A stretch of 64,000 nucleotides of DNA from Gemmatimonadales bacterium (GTDB taxonomy: Bacteria > Gemmatimonadota > Gemmatimonadetes > Gemmatimonadales > GWC2-71-9). The translations under genes and the position numbers were made by a program. The stretch spans positions 4,187 through 68,186 of the forward strand of contig JACDBX010000015.1 in the NCBI GenBank assembly GCA_013694695.1, written 5' to 3'. Positions 1-9,353 of the stretch are shown piece by piece. Numbering within the stretch: the first letter of the stretch is position 1; the number at the start of each line of letters is the position of its first letter. The notes beneath the pieces are model-generated. The model was not told the DNA's origin and did not search any database. It was given only the letters and a program-made list of their open reading frames with translations.

Positions 1-164
1 CGCTCGGCATAAATCGGCAGGAAGGCGTAGTCCTTGAATCCCTTGAAGCCGTGATGCACGATCACCGCCGGGGCCGCCTCGTTCCGGGTTGCCGCCCGGG
101 TATCGACCAGAATCGGACCGAGTGCGCCTTTGAGTTGGTGACTGGTCGTGGTGGGGGTGGCCAT
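1..164 (-). CDS. alpha/beta-fold hydrolase, N-terminal fragment (gene runs off left edge)
   Basis: Own minus-strand translation from ATG at 164-162: MATPTTTSHQLKGALGPILVDTRAATRNEAAPAVIVHHGFKGFKDYAFLPIYAE. HGFxG motif is typical of alpha/beta hydrolases. Start overlaps the upstream stop as TGATG. Confidence 0.4.
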   Translation of the reverse strand, partial: MATPTTTSHQLKGALGPILVDTRAATRNEAAPAVIVHHGFKGFKDYAFLPIYAE

Positions 165-1123
165 CAGCTCACTGCAGCTTCGAGGATGTTGAGCTCGTGC
201 GCGGTCGCATCGAGTTCTGCCATCACGCCCACCGGGACGGTCCACTGATCGCTGATATGGCCGATCGGGAAACCGGCCGCGACAGGGATCTTGAGCGGGC
301 CGAAGTAGGTGTCGAGGACCACGTCGAGTCCGAGGCCGCCATCGTCGGTGGACCGCCGCATCTCGGTGAAGTTCCCCACAGCCACGCCCGCGAGGCCTCG
401 TAGTGCGCCAAGCATTCGAAGGTGCGCCAGCATCCGGTCGATGCTGTACAGATCCTCGCCCACGTCCTCCAGGAAGAGAATTGCACCGCGCAGGTCAGGG
501 AAGTATCGGGTTCCCGCGAGTACCTGCAGGAGGGTGAGGTTGCCGCCGATGAGCGGTCCTCGCGCCACGCCACCACGGATGGTGATGATGCGACCATCCG
601 TGGGAACCAGCACCTCGGGACGCGGTGCGAGCCGACCGAGTGTTCCGGCAGCAGATACATTCGTCAGGATGCGGTCGAAGTGCCACCGGGAGAAGTTCGG
701 CATCGGTGTGCGAGCCACGGGGCCGTGGAATGTCACGACGCCTGTCTGGCTCAGCAGCCCCAGCAGGAGGACTGTGATGTCTGAATATCCGATCACCGGC
801 TTGGGGCTTCGCGCAAAACCGGCGAAGTCCACCCGGTCGAGGATCCGGTTCATTCCGTTGCCGCCGCGGAGGCACCAGACAGCGTCGATGGTCGGGTCGG
901 TCAGGGCACCATTCAGGTCGGCAAGACGTTCATCATCAGTGCCCGCCAGGTAACCGTAGGCGCTCCCGGCGTGCGGACCGATCACGGGCTCGTACCCCAG
1001 CGCCCGGCACAGTTCGGCGCCGCGGGTGCGGTCATCGAGCTCGAGCAATGGGCCGGCTGGAGCAACGAGGGCCACGCGGGAGCCCTCCTTGAGGCGCGGT
1101 GGAAGGATCGGCTTGGAAGGCAT
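164..1123 (-). CDS. LD-carboxypeptidase (peptidase S66, LdcA/MccF-like)
   Basis: Homology begins at internal Met219 of the 537-aa ORF (MPSKPILPP...; cat at 1121-1123). Motifs GYSDIT (Ser nucleophile) and GFPIGH (His). The 5' extension of the ORF overlaps the + strand gene at 1229-1723. Confidence 0.8.
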   Translation of the reverse strand: MPSKPILPPRLKEGSRVALVAPAGPLLELDDRTRGAELCRALGYEPVIGPHAGSAYGYLAGTDDERLADLNGALTDPTIDAVWCLRGGNGMNRILDRVDFAGFARSPKPVIGYSDITVLLLGLLSQTGVVTFHGPVARTPMPNFSRWHFDRILTNVSAAGTLGRLAPRPEVLVPTDGRIITIRGGVARGPLIGGNLTLLQVLAGTRYFPDLRGAILFLEDVGEDLYSIDRMLAHLRMLGALRGLAGVAVGNFTEMRRSTDDGGLGLDVVLDTYFGPLKIPVAAGFPIGHISDQWTVPVGVMAELDATAHELNILEAAVS

Positions 1124-1228
1124 TCTGGCTCCGGTTACGATTGACCCCCACACACTCAGGGGAAGACGCTGCGCTCCTCGCATTCTACCCAGCTCGCAGC
1201 CGCACGGTTTGTTGCCGAAAACCGTGAG

Positions 1229-1723
1229 GTGATGGTTTCGGAATGGGCCGACTGGCTCGCAGACCGTTCCGGCACCAGCAACGTCTCCCGGGACCTCCTC
1301 GAGCGCCAGTTCCAGCTCGTCATGGACGGCCTGATCGAGATGCTCGGCCCCCTCCGCCGCGAAGCCAAGGTAGTCTGGCAGCATATCATGGAACATTATG
1401 GTCGGACCGCCGCCACTCGCGGGCTTGCCGCAGGCGAGGTCGTCGAGGAACTCCAGCAGCTTCGCTTCCTCCTCATCAAGCATATCGGGGCGTTCGTTGC
1501 GGCGATGCGGCCCCGCCGCGCAGTCGCGGTGTTCCTCCGGCTCAACGGAATCGTTGACCGGGGAATCGCCCAGGCTGTGGTCGGCTACACCGATGCGCTG
1601 GTGGCAAGTCTCCTGATGACCGATCGGGCCACGCTCGCCCTGACCGAGGCCAATGGCGACGACCTCATCCGCCAGCTCGACATTCTCGAAGCGGAACTCG
1701 GTACGATCATCCCGAAGCGCTGA
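1229..1723 (+). CDS. hypothetical helical protein (RsbRD_N-like sensor domain?)
   Basis: 164-aa ORF with GAGGTG upstream of the ATG and an all-helical-looking sequence. Same strand as the methyltransferase, 84 nt upstream of it. The domain call is a recollection only. Confidence 0.45.
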   Translation: MMVSEWADWLADRSGTSNVSRDLLERQFQLVMDGLIEMLGPLRREAKVVWQHIMEHYGRTAATRGLAAGEVVEELQQLRFLLIKHIGAFVAAMRPRRAVAVFLRLNGIVDRGIAQAVVGYTDALVASLLMTDRATLALTEANGDDLIRQLDILEAELGTIIPKR

Positions 1724-1807
1724 ACCGTGCCGGTCCCGCGCGTGAAAGGGCGCCGCTGACATTGCGCCACGCGCCACTCCACTTATGGCTCGCCCGCATC
1801 ATGCGAC

Positions 1808-4750
1808 ATGGAATCCTTTCCTGCCGCCCCACGCGCCGCCATCCTCCAACTCTATCGCACCCTCGGCGTCGAGGTGCTCGCCGACCCGGTCAGCGCCGAC
1901 CTCCTCGCCGAGGTGGGCCGCTCAGGCGAGATCTCCTGCTGGATCGCACCCGGACTCGATGCTGTCGCCCCTGCCGTTCGCCGGCTGGCGCGTGCCGCGC
2001 GCTGCGCGCTCGTAGCGGGAGTCGACACCCGCACCGGGCGGATCGCGATCGCAGCGAGCAGCCTGCCGGTGGTGATCGGCGTCGTGCACCCCGGCGCGCC
2101 GTTCGATCCGCTGGTCCGCAGGCTCGCCCACGCGCTCGCCGAACCGCGCAGCACCGCAATCGAACAGCTCCTGGCCTGCCACGAGGCAATCGATGTCGAT
2201 GCGGCCGGCCGCCGGACGTTCCGGATGCTGCGCACCCTGCTCGACCGCTCGGTGGAGCTCCTGCCACGCCGCGTTCCGGTGTCTGATCGCCAGGAGTGGT
2301 CGTTGCTTCAGGTCACCCGCCTCCTCTTCCTGCGCTTTGTCGAGAGCGAAGGGTGGCTCGATGGTCGTCCCCGGTTCCTTCGCGATGAACTGGATCGGTG
2401 CCTGTGCTCCCGTCGTGATCCCGGCCGGCACCTGCTTCACCCACTGTTCTTCGGGACGCTCAATCGGCCGGTCGGCGAGCGCTCCCGACTCGCCAAATCC
2501 TTCGGGCGGGTACCGTTCCTGAATGGTGGACTCTTCGAACCCCATGTGATCGAACGCAAGCATCGCCTGACGCTACCCTCTGGGTTCTGGTGCGAAGTAT
2601 TCGAATCGATTGTCGACCGACTCGATGTCACGCTCGATGCGGAACCCACCGGCCGCGCGGTGACCCCGGAAGCGCTTGGGCGGGTGTTCGAGGGCGTGAT
2701 GCAGCCAGACGAACGACGGGCCGCGGGCACGTTCTTCACTCCGACACCCCTGGTGGATGCTGTGGTGCGCGTGGCCATCTCGGTGCACCTCGCCGGCCGG
2801 CTCGGCCGACCAGCAGAGGCCATCGAGGCGTCACTCGCCGATCCCGACGCCGAGCTCCGGCGGGCGATGCTTCACGTGACGGTCCTCGACCCGGCCGTCG
2901 GGTCGGGCGCGTTCCTCGTCGGTGCGCTCGCCGTGCTCCACGGCCCGGGGCCCCGGTCCGGCAGGCGAGTACGCCACATCGTGACGCGGCGCCTGCACGG
3001 TGTCGACCGCCATCCCGGCGCGGTGCGCCTCTGCGAGATGCGCCTCTGGCTTGAGGTGCTGCGGTCGATGCGCGGTAATGATCCGGATGGCATTCGCCCC
3101 CTTCCCAATCTCGACACCGCCATTCGGGCGGGCGACGTCATAGCCGATCCGCTGCTGCTGCACCGCGTCCCGCGAACGACGCTGGCCGCGCTGCGCGATC
3201 GACAGCGAGCAATCCCCGCGTCCCACGATCGCAATCATCGCGGCCTGCTGCGCCGGTCCCGCCGTGCCGAACGCGACACCCTGGTGCGCACGCTCCTCGC
3301 GCGGGAGGAGGTCCTTGATCACGGCATCAGGGACCTGCTCGATGTGGCAGCGTCGGCGACCCTTTTCGGCCCCCGCGAGCGCATGCAGTCGAGCCAGCGG
3401 GCGGCTCTCGCTGTCCTGCGCCGGGACCGCCTCGAGGTGCGGCGTGAGCGGCGCCGGATCGAGCGGGATGCAACATCGATCGCGTTCTCGATGCAGGTTG
3501 CGTTCGCACCGGTGATCACGAAAAACGGCGGCTTCGATGTCGTGCTGGGCAATCCGCCATGGGTGCGCGGCCAGCAACTGCTGCCCGCCACGCGGGCAAT
3601 GCTCGCCGCCCGCTATCGCTGGTGGAAGCCCGTCACCAACGGGTCCTGGGCCCAGACTCCCGATCTCTTTATCGCGTTTCTCGAGCGAGCCCTGGCCTCG
3701 CTCGCGAGCAACGGCACCCTCGCGATGCTTGTGCCTTCCAAACTCGTGACCGCGACGTACGCCGGAGCGGCGCGCGCGGAGTTGAGCCACCATGCGACCC
3801 TGCACCACGTGGCGAACCTCGCCGATGACCCGCGCGCGGGATTCGATGCTACCACATATCCGCTTGCACTGATCGCATCGCGTGCCCGTCCGCCAGCCGC
3901 CCATTCCATCCGGCTCGGCCTTTGCGCAAATGCACCTACGGTGCAGCAGTCGGAATGGCGCGACGGAGCTGCGTGGTCGATTGCACCGCCAGCGGCACAG
4001 CGCGTCTCAAGGCGTGTTGCCGCCGACCATCCCCTTCTCGGCGCCAGTCATCGCCCGCAACTGGGCGTCAAGACCGGCCTCAACGAGGCATTCCTCGACC
4101 CACCAGCCGCACTGCACCGCTGGTGTGTGCAAGCGATCCGGGGCGCAGACGTTGCGCCCTTCAGCCTTCGCCGCACCAGGCTGCTACTCTGGCCCGCCGA
4201 AACCGACGGCACACCCTGGCCGGAACTGCCAGCACCGGTGCGGGCGCACCTGCTCCCGTTCCGGCAGCGACTGCAGGCACGCCGGGACTGCACCGGCTCC
4301 CTGTGGTGGATGCTGTTCCGCACCCGCGCTGCCACGGCGCCTCACCGCGTCGCGTGGAGGGACATCGCCCGGCGACTCACCGCGGTGGCGCTCGGGCCCG
4401 GAGATCCCCACCCCCTCAACACGTGCTATCTCATCCCGGTCGAGTGCGACAGCATGATGCATGGCCTCACGGCGTGGCTGAACTCGACGTGGATCGGGGC
4501 ACTGGCGCGGGTACGCGCAGAACCGGCCGCAAACGGGTATGCCCGGTTCGCTGCCCGCGCGATTGGATCGTTGCCCCTCCCGCCCCGTCAGCAATTGCGT
4601 GTGCTGGCGGATCTCGGCGCAGCGCGCCACAGCGGATCGGGGAACGCCCCGGATCTCGACCGCGCCATCGATGAGGAAGTCGCCGTCGCACTGGACCTCT
4701 CCGCCAATGATCGCGTCGAGCTCGCGGCCCTGGCCACGCATCGTCGCTGA
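1808..4750 (+). CDS. Eco57I/PglX-like N6-adenine DNA methyltransferase with TaqI_C-like target-recognition domain
   Basis: 980 aa. Helical N-domain motifs (LFLRFVESEGW, PFLNGGLFEP). FFTPTPLV. Motif I VLDPAVGSGAFL (about 2882-2917). Motif IV NPPW (3551-3562). TRD-type LGVKTGLNEAFL. No PD-(D/E)xK motif seen in the N-terminal 150 aa. Confidence 0.85.
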   Translation: MESFPAAPRAAILQLYRTLGVEVLADPVSADLLAEVGRSGEISCWIAPGLDAVAPAVRRLARAARCALVAGVDTRTGRIAIAASSLPVVIGVVHPGAPFDPLVRRLAHALAEPRSTAIEQLLACHEAIDVDAAGRRTFRMLRTLLDRSVELLPRRVPVSDRQEWSLLQVTRLLFLRFVESEGWLDGRPRFLRDELDRCLCSRRDPGRHLLHPLFFGTLNRPVGERSRLAKSFGRVPFLNGGLFEPHVIERKHRLTLPSGFWCEVFESIVDRLDVTLDAEPTGRAVTPEALGRVFEGVMQPDERRAAGTFFTPTPLVDAVVRVAISVHLAGRLGRPAEAIEASLADPDAELRRAMLHVTVLDPAVGSGAFLVGALAVLHGPGPRSGRRVRHIVTRRLHGVDRHPGAVRLCEMRLWLEVLRSMRGNDPDGIRPLPNLDTAIRAGDVIADPLLLHRVPRTTLAALRDRQRAIPASHDRNHRGLLRRSRRAERDTLVRTLLAREEVLDHGIRDLLDVAASATLFGPRERMQSSQRAALAVLRRDRLEVRRERRRIERDATSIAFSMQVAFAPVITKNGGFDVVLGNPPWVRGQQLLPATRAMLAARYRWWKPVTNGSWAQTPDLFIAFLERALASLASNGTLAMLVPSKLVTATYAGAARAELSHHATLHHVANLADDPRAGFDATTYPLALIASRARPPAAHSIRLGLCANAPTVQQSEWRDGAAWSIAPPAAQRVSRRVAADHPLLGASHRPQLGVKTGLNEAFLDPPAALHRWCVQAIRGADVAPFSLRRTRLLLWPAETDGTPWPELPAPVRAHLLPFRQRLQARRDCTGSLWWMLFRTRAATAPHRVAWRDIARRLTAVALGPGDPHPLNTCYLIPVECDSMMHGLTAWLNSTWIGALARVRAEPAANGYARFAARAIGSLPLPPRQQLRVLADLGAARHSGSGNAPDLDRAIDEEVAVALDLSANDRVELAALATHRR

Positions 4751-6848
4751 GGCGCTGCGCGAGATCGCCCCGCCGGTCGCCGGCGATGCAGCCCGGCGAT
4801 CCGCCCATTCGGAACCGGTGCTCGCCGCGATCTCGATGTGCCTCGGCCCGCCACGTGCCATGGGGCCCGCGCCTCGCTGGCTGCACTGTCACCAGGTGGA
4901 GCCATGGCGCAGAACACTGGCGGCGGTGAGTGCACACGGTGGTGCAGTGCTGGCGGAATCGGTCGGTCGGGGAAAAACGTGGATCGCGCTCGCGGTCGCC
5001 GCGGAGTTCAGTACACCGGCGGCGGTTGTCGCGCCCGCGATCCTGAAGGACCAGTGGCGCACTGCAGCCGCCGCAGCCGGCGTTCCCATCGTGTTTCATT
5101 CCCACGAGCGGCTCAGCCGGGGAGCGATGCCCGCCGAGGCAGCGTTGGTGATCATCGACGAGATTCACCGCTTTCGTACTCCGACGACACGCCGCGCAAC
5201 GACGATTGCCCCGTGGCTGGTCGGCAGGCGGATAGTCGGCTGCACCGCCACGCCAATCGTCAACTCCGAACTCGACCTCCTTGCAGTGCTCGACCTGATC
5301 TTCCCCGATGACGTGCTGGCGCTCGATGGGCTGGAATCAATCGCGGCAATGGCCGGCGCGAATCGTCCACCGCCGTCACTCGACCGGATCGTGATTCGAA
5401 CGGTCCGCACGGAGCCAGACTGGCCCCGTGAAGAGTGCGTGATCGGGCCTTCCGTGCTCGAGGATGCACGCGCCGCGCGGGGCGTCCGGGCCATCGATCG
5501 GCTGGTGCTCAGCCGACAGGCGTCGGTCGCCCGCCTGATCCGGACCACCCTGCTCGACGCCCTCGCATCAAGTGATGCTGCGCTGCTGGCGGGATTGCGG
5601 CGCTACGGCGCGTTGCTCGCGCATGCTCACGACTCCAACGGTGCATCGCGAAAGATGCTGCGCCGCTATGCCGGTCCCGCACTCGCCCAGACCACCCTCT
5701 GGTCGCTGCTTGATGCGGGAGATGACGATGTCGACCTGGCTCCGGAAGATGCCTCTACGCTGCACGATATCCTGCGGGAACTGCAACCCGCCGACCAGTC
5801 GTGGATTTCCGCAATCCGCACCCTTCACCTCGATGATGTGCCGACGATCTGCTTCACCCGGCACCGTGCGACCGCTCAGGTGCTGAGATGTGCGCTCGAC
5901 GGCCCGGTGGCGTGGATCTCGGGAGATGCGGCAGGGGTTGGAACCATTCGCCTCACCCGTCATCAGGTGCTCGCCGCATTCGGGCCCGCCCGCGCCGAAT
6001 GGGGCCTGCTGCGCCGGACGCCGAACATTCTCGTCGCCACCGATGTGGCCGCGGAGGGACTGGACCTTCAGGGTGCCGGACGCGTCGTCCACCTCGACGT
6101 CCCGTGGACCGCGATGCGAATCGCGCAACGCGAGGGACGACTCACACGCTTCGGGCAACGCCATCTCTCGGTCGCGGTCCTCACCAGGATGCCCGCGACG
6201 GTGATCGAGCAGCGACTGGCGATGCACCCTCGGGTGACGCGCAAGCACACCTGCGCGCAGTTGTGGCTGGATGCGCTTGAGCGCGGGCATCGCCCGGGCG
6301 GGACCGTCCCGTGCGGGCCGGCGCCGGTCTGCCTCATTCGCTCGCCCGGGCCGAATGTCAGCGTTGTCGCAATCCATGCCGAGCGGGGCGTGCGATCGGG
6401 GATGCTCGTGCTGTGCGGGCGAGGCGGGCGCTGGGAACTGGACTGCCCCGAACTGGAGAGCCTTTTCGCACGGGCCCAGGCGGCACCGCTCGGATACATG
6501 CAGGAAAGCGAGTGCGACACCATCATGCTCGATGCCCTGTCCGCTGCCACCAGGTTGCTCGCGGACTCCTCACCACGCAGCCCGAACCTCGTCGGTCGAC
6601 TGCACGCGGAAGCACTGCGTGCGCGTCGTCACCGCGACGTCGACCGCCTCGGCGCACTTGATCGACTCCTCGGTTTTGTTGCCAACCGCCAGAATCGGGG
6701 TGGCCGGGAGCTGATTCGGCGCATCGAGGAGCTGCCCCGGCTGGACGTCGTCAGTATCGTCGTTCCAGACCAGCGGCGCGATGAACAGGTTCGGCTGCGG
6801 GTCGTTGCGGCGTTGGTCTTCCGTTCGGATCGGCCGTCACTACGTTGA
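4707..6848 (+). CDS. SNF2-family (superfamily 2) helicase/translocase with uncharacterised C-terminal domain of about 200 aa
   Basis: LAESVGRGKT (Walker A, about 4965-4979), IIDEIHRFRT (motif II, about 5157-5168), CTATPIVN, VATDVAAEGLDLQ, QREGRLTRFGQ (motif VI). Start uncertain: ATG 4707 overlaps the methylase by 44 nt. Alternatives are GTG 4818 and ATG 4836. The ORF opens at 4539. Confidence 0.8.
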   Translation: MIASSSRPWPRIVAEALREIAPPVAGDAARRSAHSEPVLAAISMCLGPPRAMGPAPRWLHCHQVEPWRRTLAAVSAHGGAVLAESVGRGKTWIALAVAAEFSTPAAVVAPAILKDQWRTAAAAAGVPIVFHSHERLSRGAMPAEAALVIIDEIHRFRTPTTRRATTIAPWLVGRRIVGCTATPIVNSELDLLAVLDLIFPDDVLALDGLESIAAMAGANRPPPSLDRIVIRTVRTEPDWPREECVIGPSVLEDARAARGVRAIDRLVLSRQASVARLIRTTLLDALASSDAALLAGLRRYGALLAHAHDSNGASRKMLRRYAGPALAQTTLWSLLDAGDDDVDLAPEDASTLHDILRELQPADQSWISAIRTLHLDDVPTICFTRHRATAQVLRCALDGPVAWISGDAAGVGTIRLTRHQVLAAFGPARAEWGLLRRTPNILVATDVAAEGLDLQGAGRVVHLDVPWTAMRIAQREGRLTRFGQRHLSVAVLTRMPATVIEQRLAMHPRVTRKHTCAQLWLDALERGHRPGGTVPCGPAPVCLIRSPGPNVSVVAIHAERGVRSGMLVLCGRGGRWELDCPELESLFARAQAAPLGYMQESECDTIMLDALSAATRLLADSSPRSPNLVGRLHAEALRARRHRDVDRLGALDRLLGFVANRQNRGGRELIRRIEELPRLDVVSIVVPDQRRDEQVRLRVVAALVFRSDRPSLR

Positions 6849-6852
6849 TCGT

Positions 6853-7500
6853 ATGCGACGTTTCCAGACGGTCCTCTTCGACCTCGACGGTACGCTGGTC
6901 GACTCGATCGACCTGATCATCGACAGCTACCTCCACACCTTCGACACTCACGGCGTGACCCCGCCCTCGCGCACCGACGTCCTGGCCGGGATCGGTACGC
7001 CACTGCGCGCCGTGTTCGCCCAGCACGTGACCGATGAGACCGCGATGCTCCAGTGGATCGCCACCTATCGGGAGTTCAACCTGGCGCATCACGATACGCG
7101 GGTGCGCGTCTACCCAGGGGTGGTCGATCTCGTGCGACGGATCAGGAGTGCCGGGATGCGGACTGGCCTGGTGACCAGCAAGAACCACAGCGGTGCGCGT
7201 CGCGGGCTGTCGCTGATCGGCCTGGAGGACGCAATGGAGGTGGTGGTGGGGGCCGATGACGTGGTGCACCCGAAACCACATCCCGAGCCGGTGCTCCGCG
7301 CGCTCGAATTGCTCGACATGCCTGCGTCCACCTGCCTGTTTGTCGGCGACTCGCATCACGACGTGCATTGCGGGAAGGCCGCAGGTGTCGCAACCGCCGG
7401 CGTGACGTGGGGTCCGTTCGATCGCGCGCATCTCGAGGTGGCCTGCCCCGATCACTACTGCGCCACCCCCGAAGAGCTGCGGGCCATTACCGGCTGCTGA
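6853..7500 (+). CDS. HAD-family phosphatase (phosphoglycolate phosphatase/PpaX-like)
   Basis: Internal Met25 start MRRFQTVLFDLDGTLVDS (DxDGT motif), later FVGDSHHD. Begins 4 nt after the helicase stop. Confidence 0.8.
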   Translation: MRRFQTVLFDLDGTLVDSIDLIIDSYLHTFDTHGVTPPSRTDVLAGIGTPLRAVFAQHVTDETAMLQWIATYREFNLAHHDTRVRVYPGVVDLVRRIRSAGMRTGLVTSKNHSGARRGLSLIGLEDAMEVVVGADDVVHPKPHPEPVLRALELLDMPASTCLFVGDSHHDVHCGKAAGVATAGVTWGPFDRAHLEVACPDHYCATPEELRAITGC

Positions 7501-7521
7501 TTTTCCGGTGGGCCAGGGTCT

Positions 7522-7980
7522 TCAGCTCGGCCCGTTCATGATCTGCCGCAGCCGAGCCGCGATACGCTTCTGGGCGGACGCATTCTCCACCGCCACGAAG
7601 ATGGTGTCGTCACCGGCGATCGTACCCACCACCTCCGACCACGCCAGCAGGTCGACCGCATTGCCCACCCGCTGCGCCTCACCGGGCGGAGTGTGCAGCA
7701 CCAGCAATGCGTCGCCGGCAACATCGAGCGCAAGCAGCGATTCGGCGAGCCGGCGCTCGTTCGGGTCGACTATCCGCCTGATCCGCGTAGCGGCCGGGCG
7801 GCGGTAGATGCCGTCGATCTTGACCAGGCCCAGCGCGGTGATGTCGCGCGACACCGAACTCTGCGTGACCTCCCAGCCCTCCTGGCACAGCGCGTCGGCC
7901 AGGTCTTCCTGGGTGCGCATCGGGCGCGTGGCCACGAGTTCAAGGATCTTCAGGTGCCGCTTGCGACGGTCGACGGTCAT
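7522..7980 (-). CDS. argR: arginine repressor
   Basis: MTVDRRKRHLKILELV...TQEDLADAL...VTQSSVSRDI (wHTH) plus a C-terminal oligomerisation domain (GTIAGDDTIFV). ATGA overlap with the argH stop. Confidence 0.85.
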   Translation of the reverse strand: MTVDRRKRHLKILELVATRPMRTQEDLADALCQEGWEVTQSSVSRDITALGLVKIDGIYRRPAATRIRRIVDPNERRLAESLLALDVAGDALLVLHTPPGEAQRVGNAVDLLAWSEVVGTIAGDDTIFVAVENASAQKRIAARLRQIMNGPS

Positions 7981-9353
7981 CGGCCGGCCCGATTGGTGAG
8001 GCGCGTCAACGCGGTGGAGAACCGACGGCGCATCAGCCGGTTCCACCTGCTGCCTGCTGCCGCACGCTTTCGGAGGGCCGCCAGCGGAAGATTGCCCATC
8101 GCACCGGTGGAACTCCGGGCGTCAACGAACGCCGTGTTCGACAACGCCGGCATGGGAACACCGCGCTTCAGTTCGGTCGCGACCTCGCGGTAGGCTCGTC
8201 GGAATGGCATTCCCTCCCGTACCCTGCGCATCACCTCATCGGTGGCGAGGACGTCGCCGTTCAGCGCCGCACGGCCCCGTGCCGCGTCGACGCCGAGCCG
8301 CGGCACCGCGGTCACAAGCATCGCAAGCATCTCGCGCGTGCTCCCCACGCCACGGAAGAGCGGAGCCTTGAGAAGCTGGAAGTCACGATGGTACCCACCG
8401 GTGAGCTTGCCGCGAAGTGCGAGCACGGTCATCAGGTCGCCATCAATGCCTGCGGCGCGGGCTCGAGTGAGTTCGAAGAGATCCGGGTTGCGCTTCTGCG
8501 GCATGATGCTCGAGCCGGTGGACAGCTCCGTGGGAAGCGTCAGCCACCCAAATTCATCCGCTGAGAAGAGGATGACATCAGCCGACAGCTTGGCGCACTC
8601 GTGCGCTGCTTCGGCGCACCACGCCAACACAGCTCCCTCGATGCGGCCACGCCCGTTCTGCACGGTGGTCACGACCTGGTCGATCCCCTCGAAACCGAGT
8701 GCCTCCGCCGCCACCTCGCGCGCAAGCGGAAGCGGCACGCCATATCCGGCGCCTGATCCCAGGGGTGAGCGATCGAGTCGCGACCAGAATCCGTGCACCG
8801 CAGCCGCCGCATCGAGCAGGCCCTCGGCGTACCCGGCCGCCCACTGCCCGGCCGATGACGGCATGGCGATCCGCTGGTGGGTGTATCCCGGCCACAGCAC
8901 GCGACGATGTGAACGCGCAAAGTCGAGCAGGACGAGCGCGAGGTCGATCATGGCGGTGTGCAACGCCAGGACCGCATCCTTCAGGTAGAGGCGGATATCG
9001 GTCACGACCTGATCATTGCGCGACCGGCCGGCATGCAGTCGCTCGCCCACATCGCCGAATTCGCCGGTGAGCCACAGTTCGACGGCGGTATGGCCGTCCT
9101 CGTGCTGCGATCCGATCACCAGTTCGCCTGCATCGACGGCGCGCAGCGCCGCGAGCAGGGCCCGCCGCATCGACTGGCGCTCCCGGCTGGAGACTACGCC
9201 CCCACCAGCGAGCGCCTCAACATGACCGAGTGAACCGATCACGTCCCAGCGCAGCAGGTGCGCATCCACTGTGCGGTCGTCACCGACCGTGTAGGCCAGC
9301 ATCTGCGCATCTGGTGCTGCGCCGGGCGACCAGAGCGTGTCGGGAGTCTTCAT
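7977..9353 (-). CDS. argH: argininosuccinate lyase
   Basis: 458 aa, fumarate-lyase family. GSSIMPQKRNPD signature. Sits in the arginine operon. Confidence 0.9.
   Translation of the reverse strand: MKTPDTLWSPGAAPDAQMLAYTVGDDRTVDAHLLRWDVIGSLGHVEALAGGGVVSSRERQSMRRALLAALRAVDAGELVIGSQHEDGHTAVELWLTGEFGDVGERLHAGRSRNDQVVTDIRLYLKDAVLALHTAMIDLALVLLDFARSHRRVLWPGYTHQRIAMPSSAGQWAAGYAEGLLDAAAAVHGFWSRLDRSPLGSGAGYGVPLPLAREVAAEALGFEGIDQVVTTVQNGRGRIEGAVLAWCAEAAHECAKLSADVILFSADEFGWLTLPTELSTGSSIMPQKRNPDLFELTRARAAGIDGDLMTVLALRGKLTGGYHRDFQLLKAPLFRGVGSTREMLAMLVTAVPRLGVDAARGRAALNGDVLATDEVMRRVREGMPFRRAYREVATELKRGVPMPALSNTAFVDARSSTGAMGNLPLAALRKRAAAGSRWNRLMRRRFSTALTRLTNRAGR

Noticed and set aside
1124-1777. 5' extension of the 537-aa minus-strand ORF, upstream of the LD-carboxypeptidase domain
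   Set aside because: Homology and a plausible start begin at Met219 (1123). The extension is antisense to a better + strand ORF (1229-1723) and has Arg/Asp/His-rich non-protein-like composition.
2831-6377. Long antisense ORFs opposite the methyltransferase and helicase (2831-3904 and 5568-6377 on the minus strand), plus several alternate-frame + ORFs
   Set aside because: The sense frames carry unambiguous MTase and SNF2 motifs. The antisense products are low-complexity and Arg-rich.
1724-6852. Methyltransferase-helicase block considered as a mobile genomic island
   Set aside because: I could see no integrase, transposase, tRNA target, flanking direct repeats or compositional break. It is treated as a chromosomal cassette, not a mobile element.
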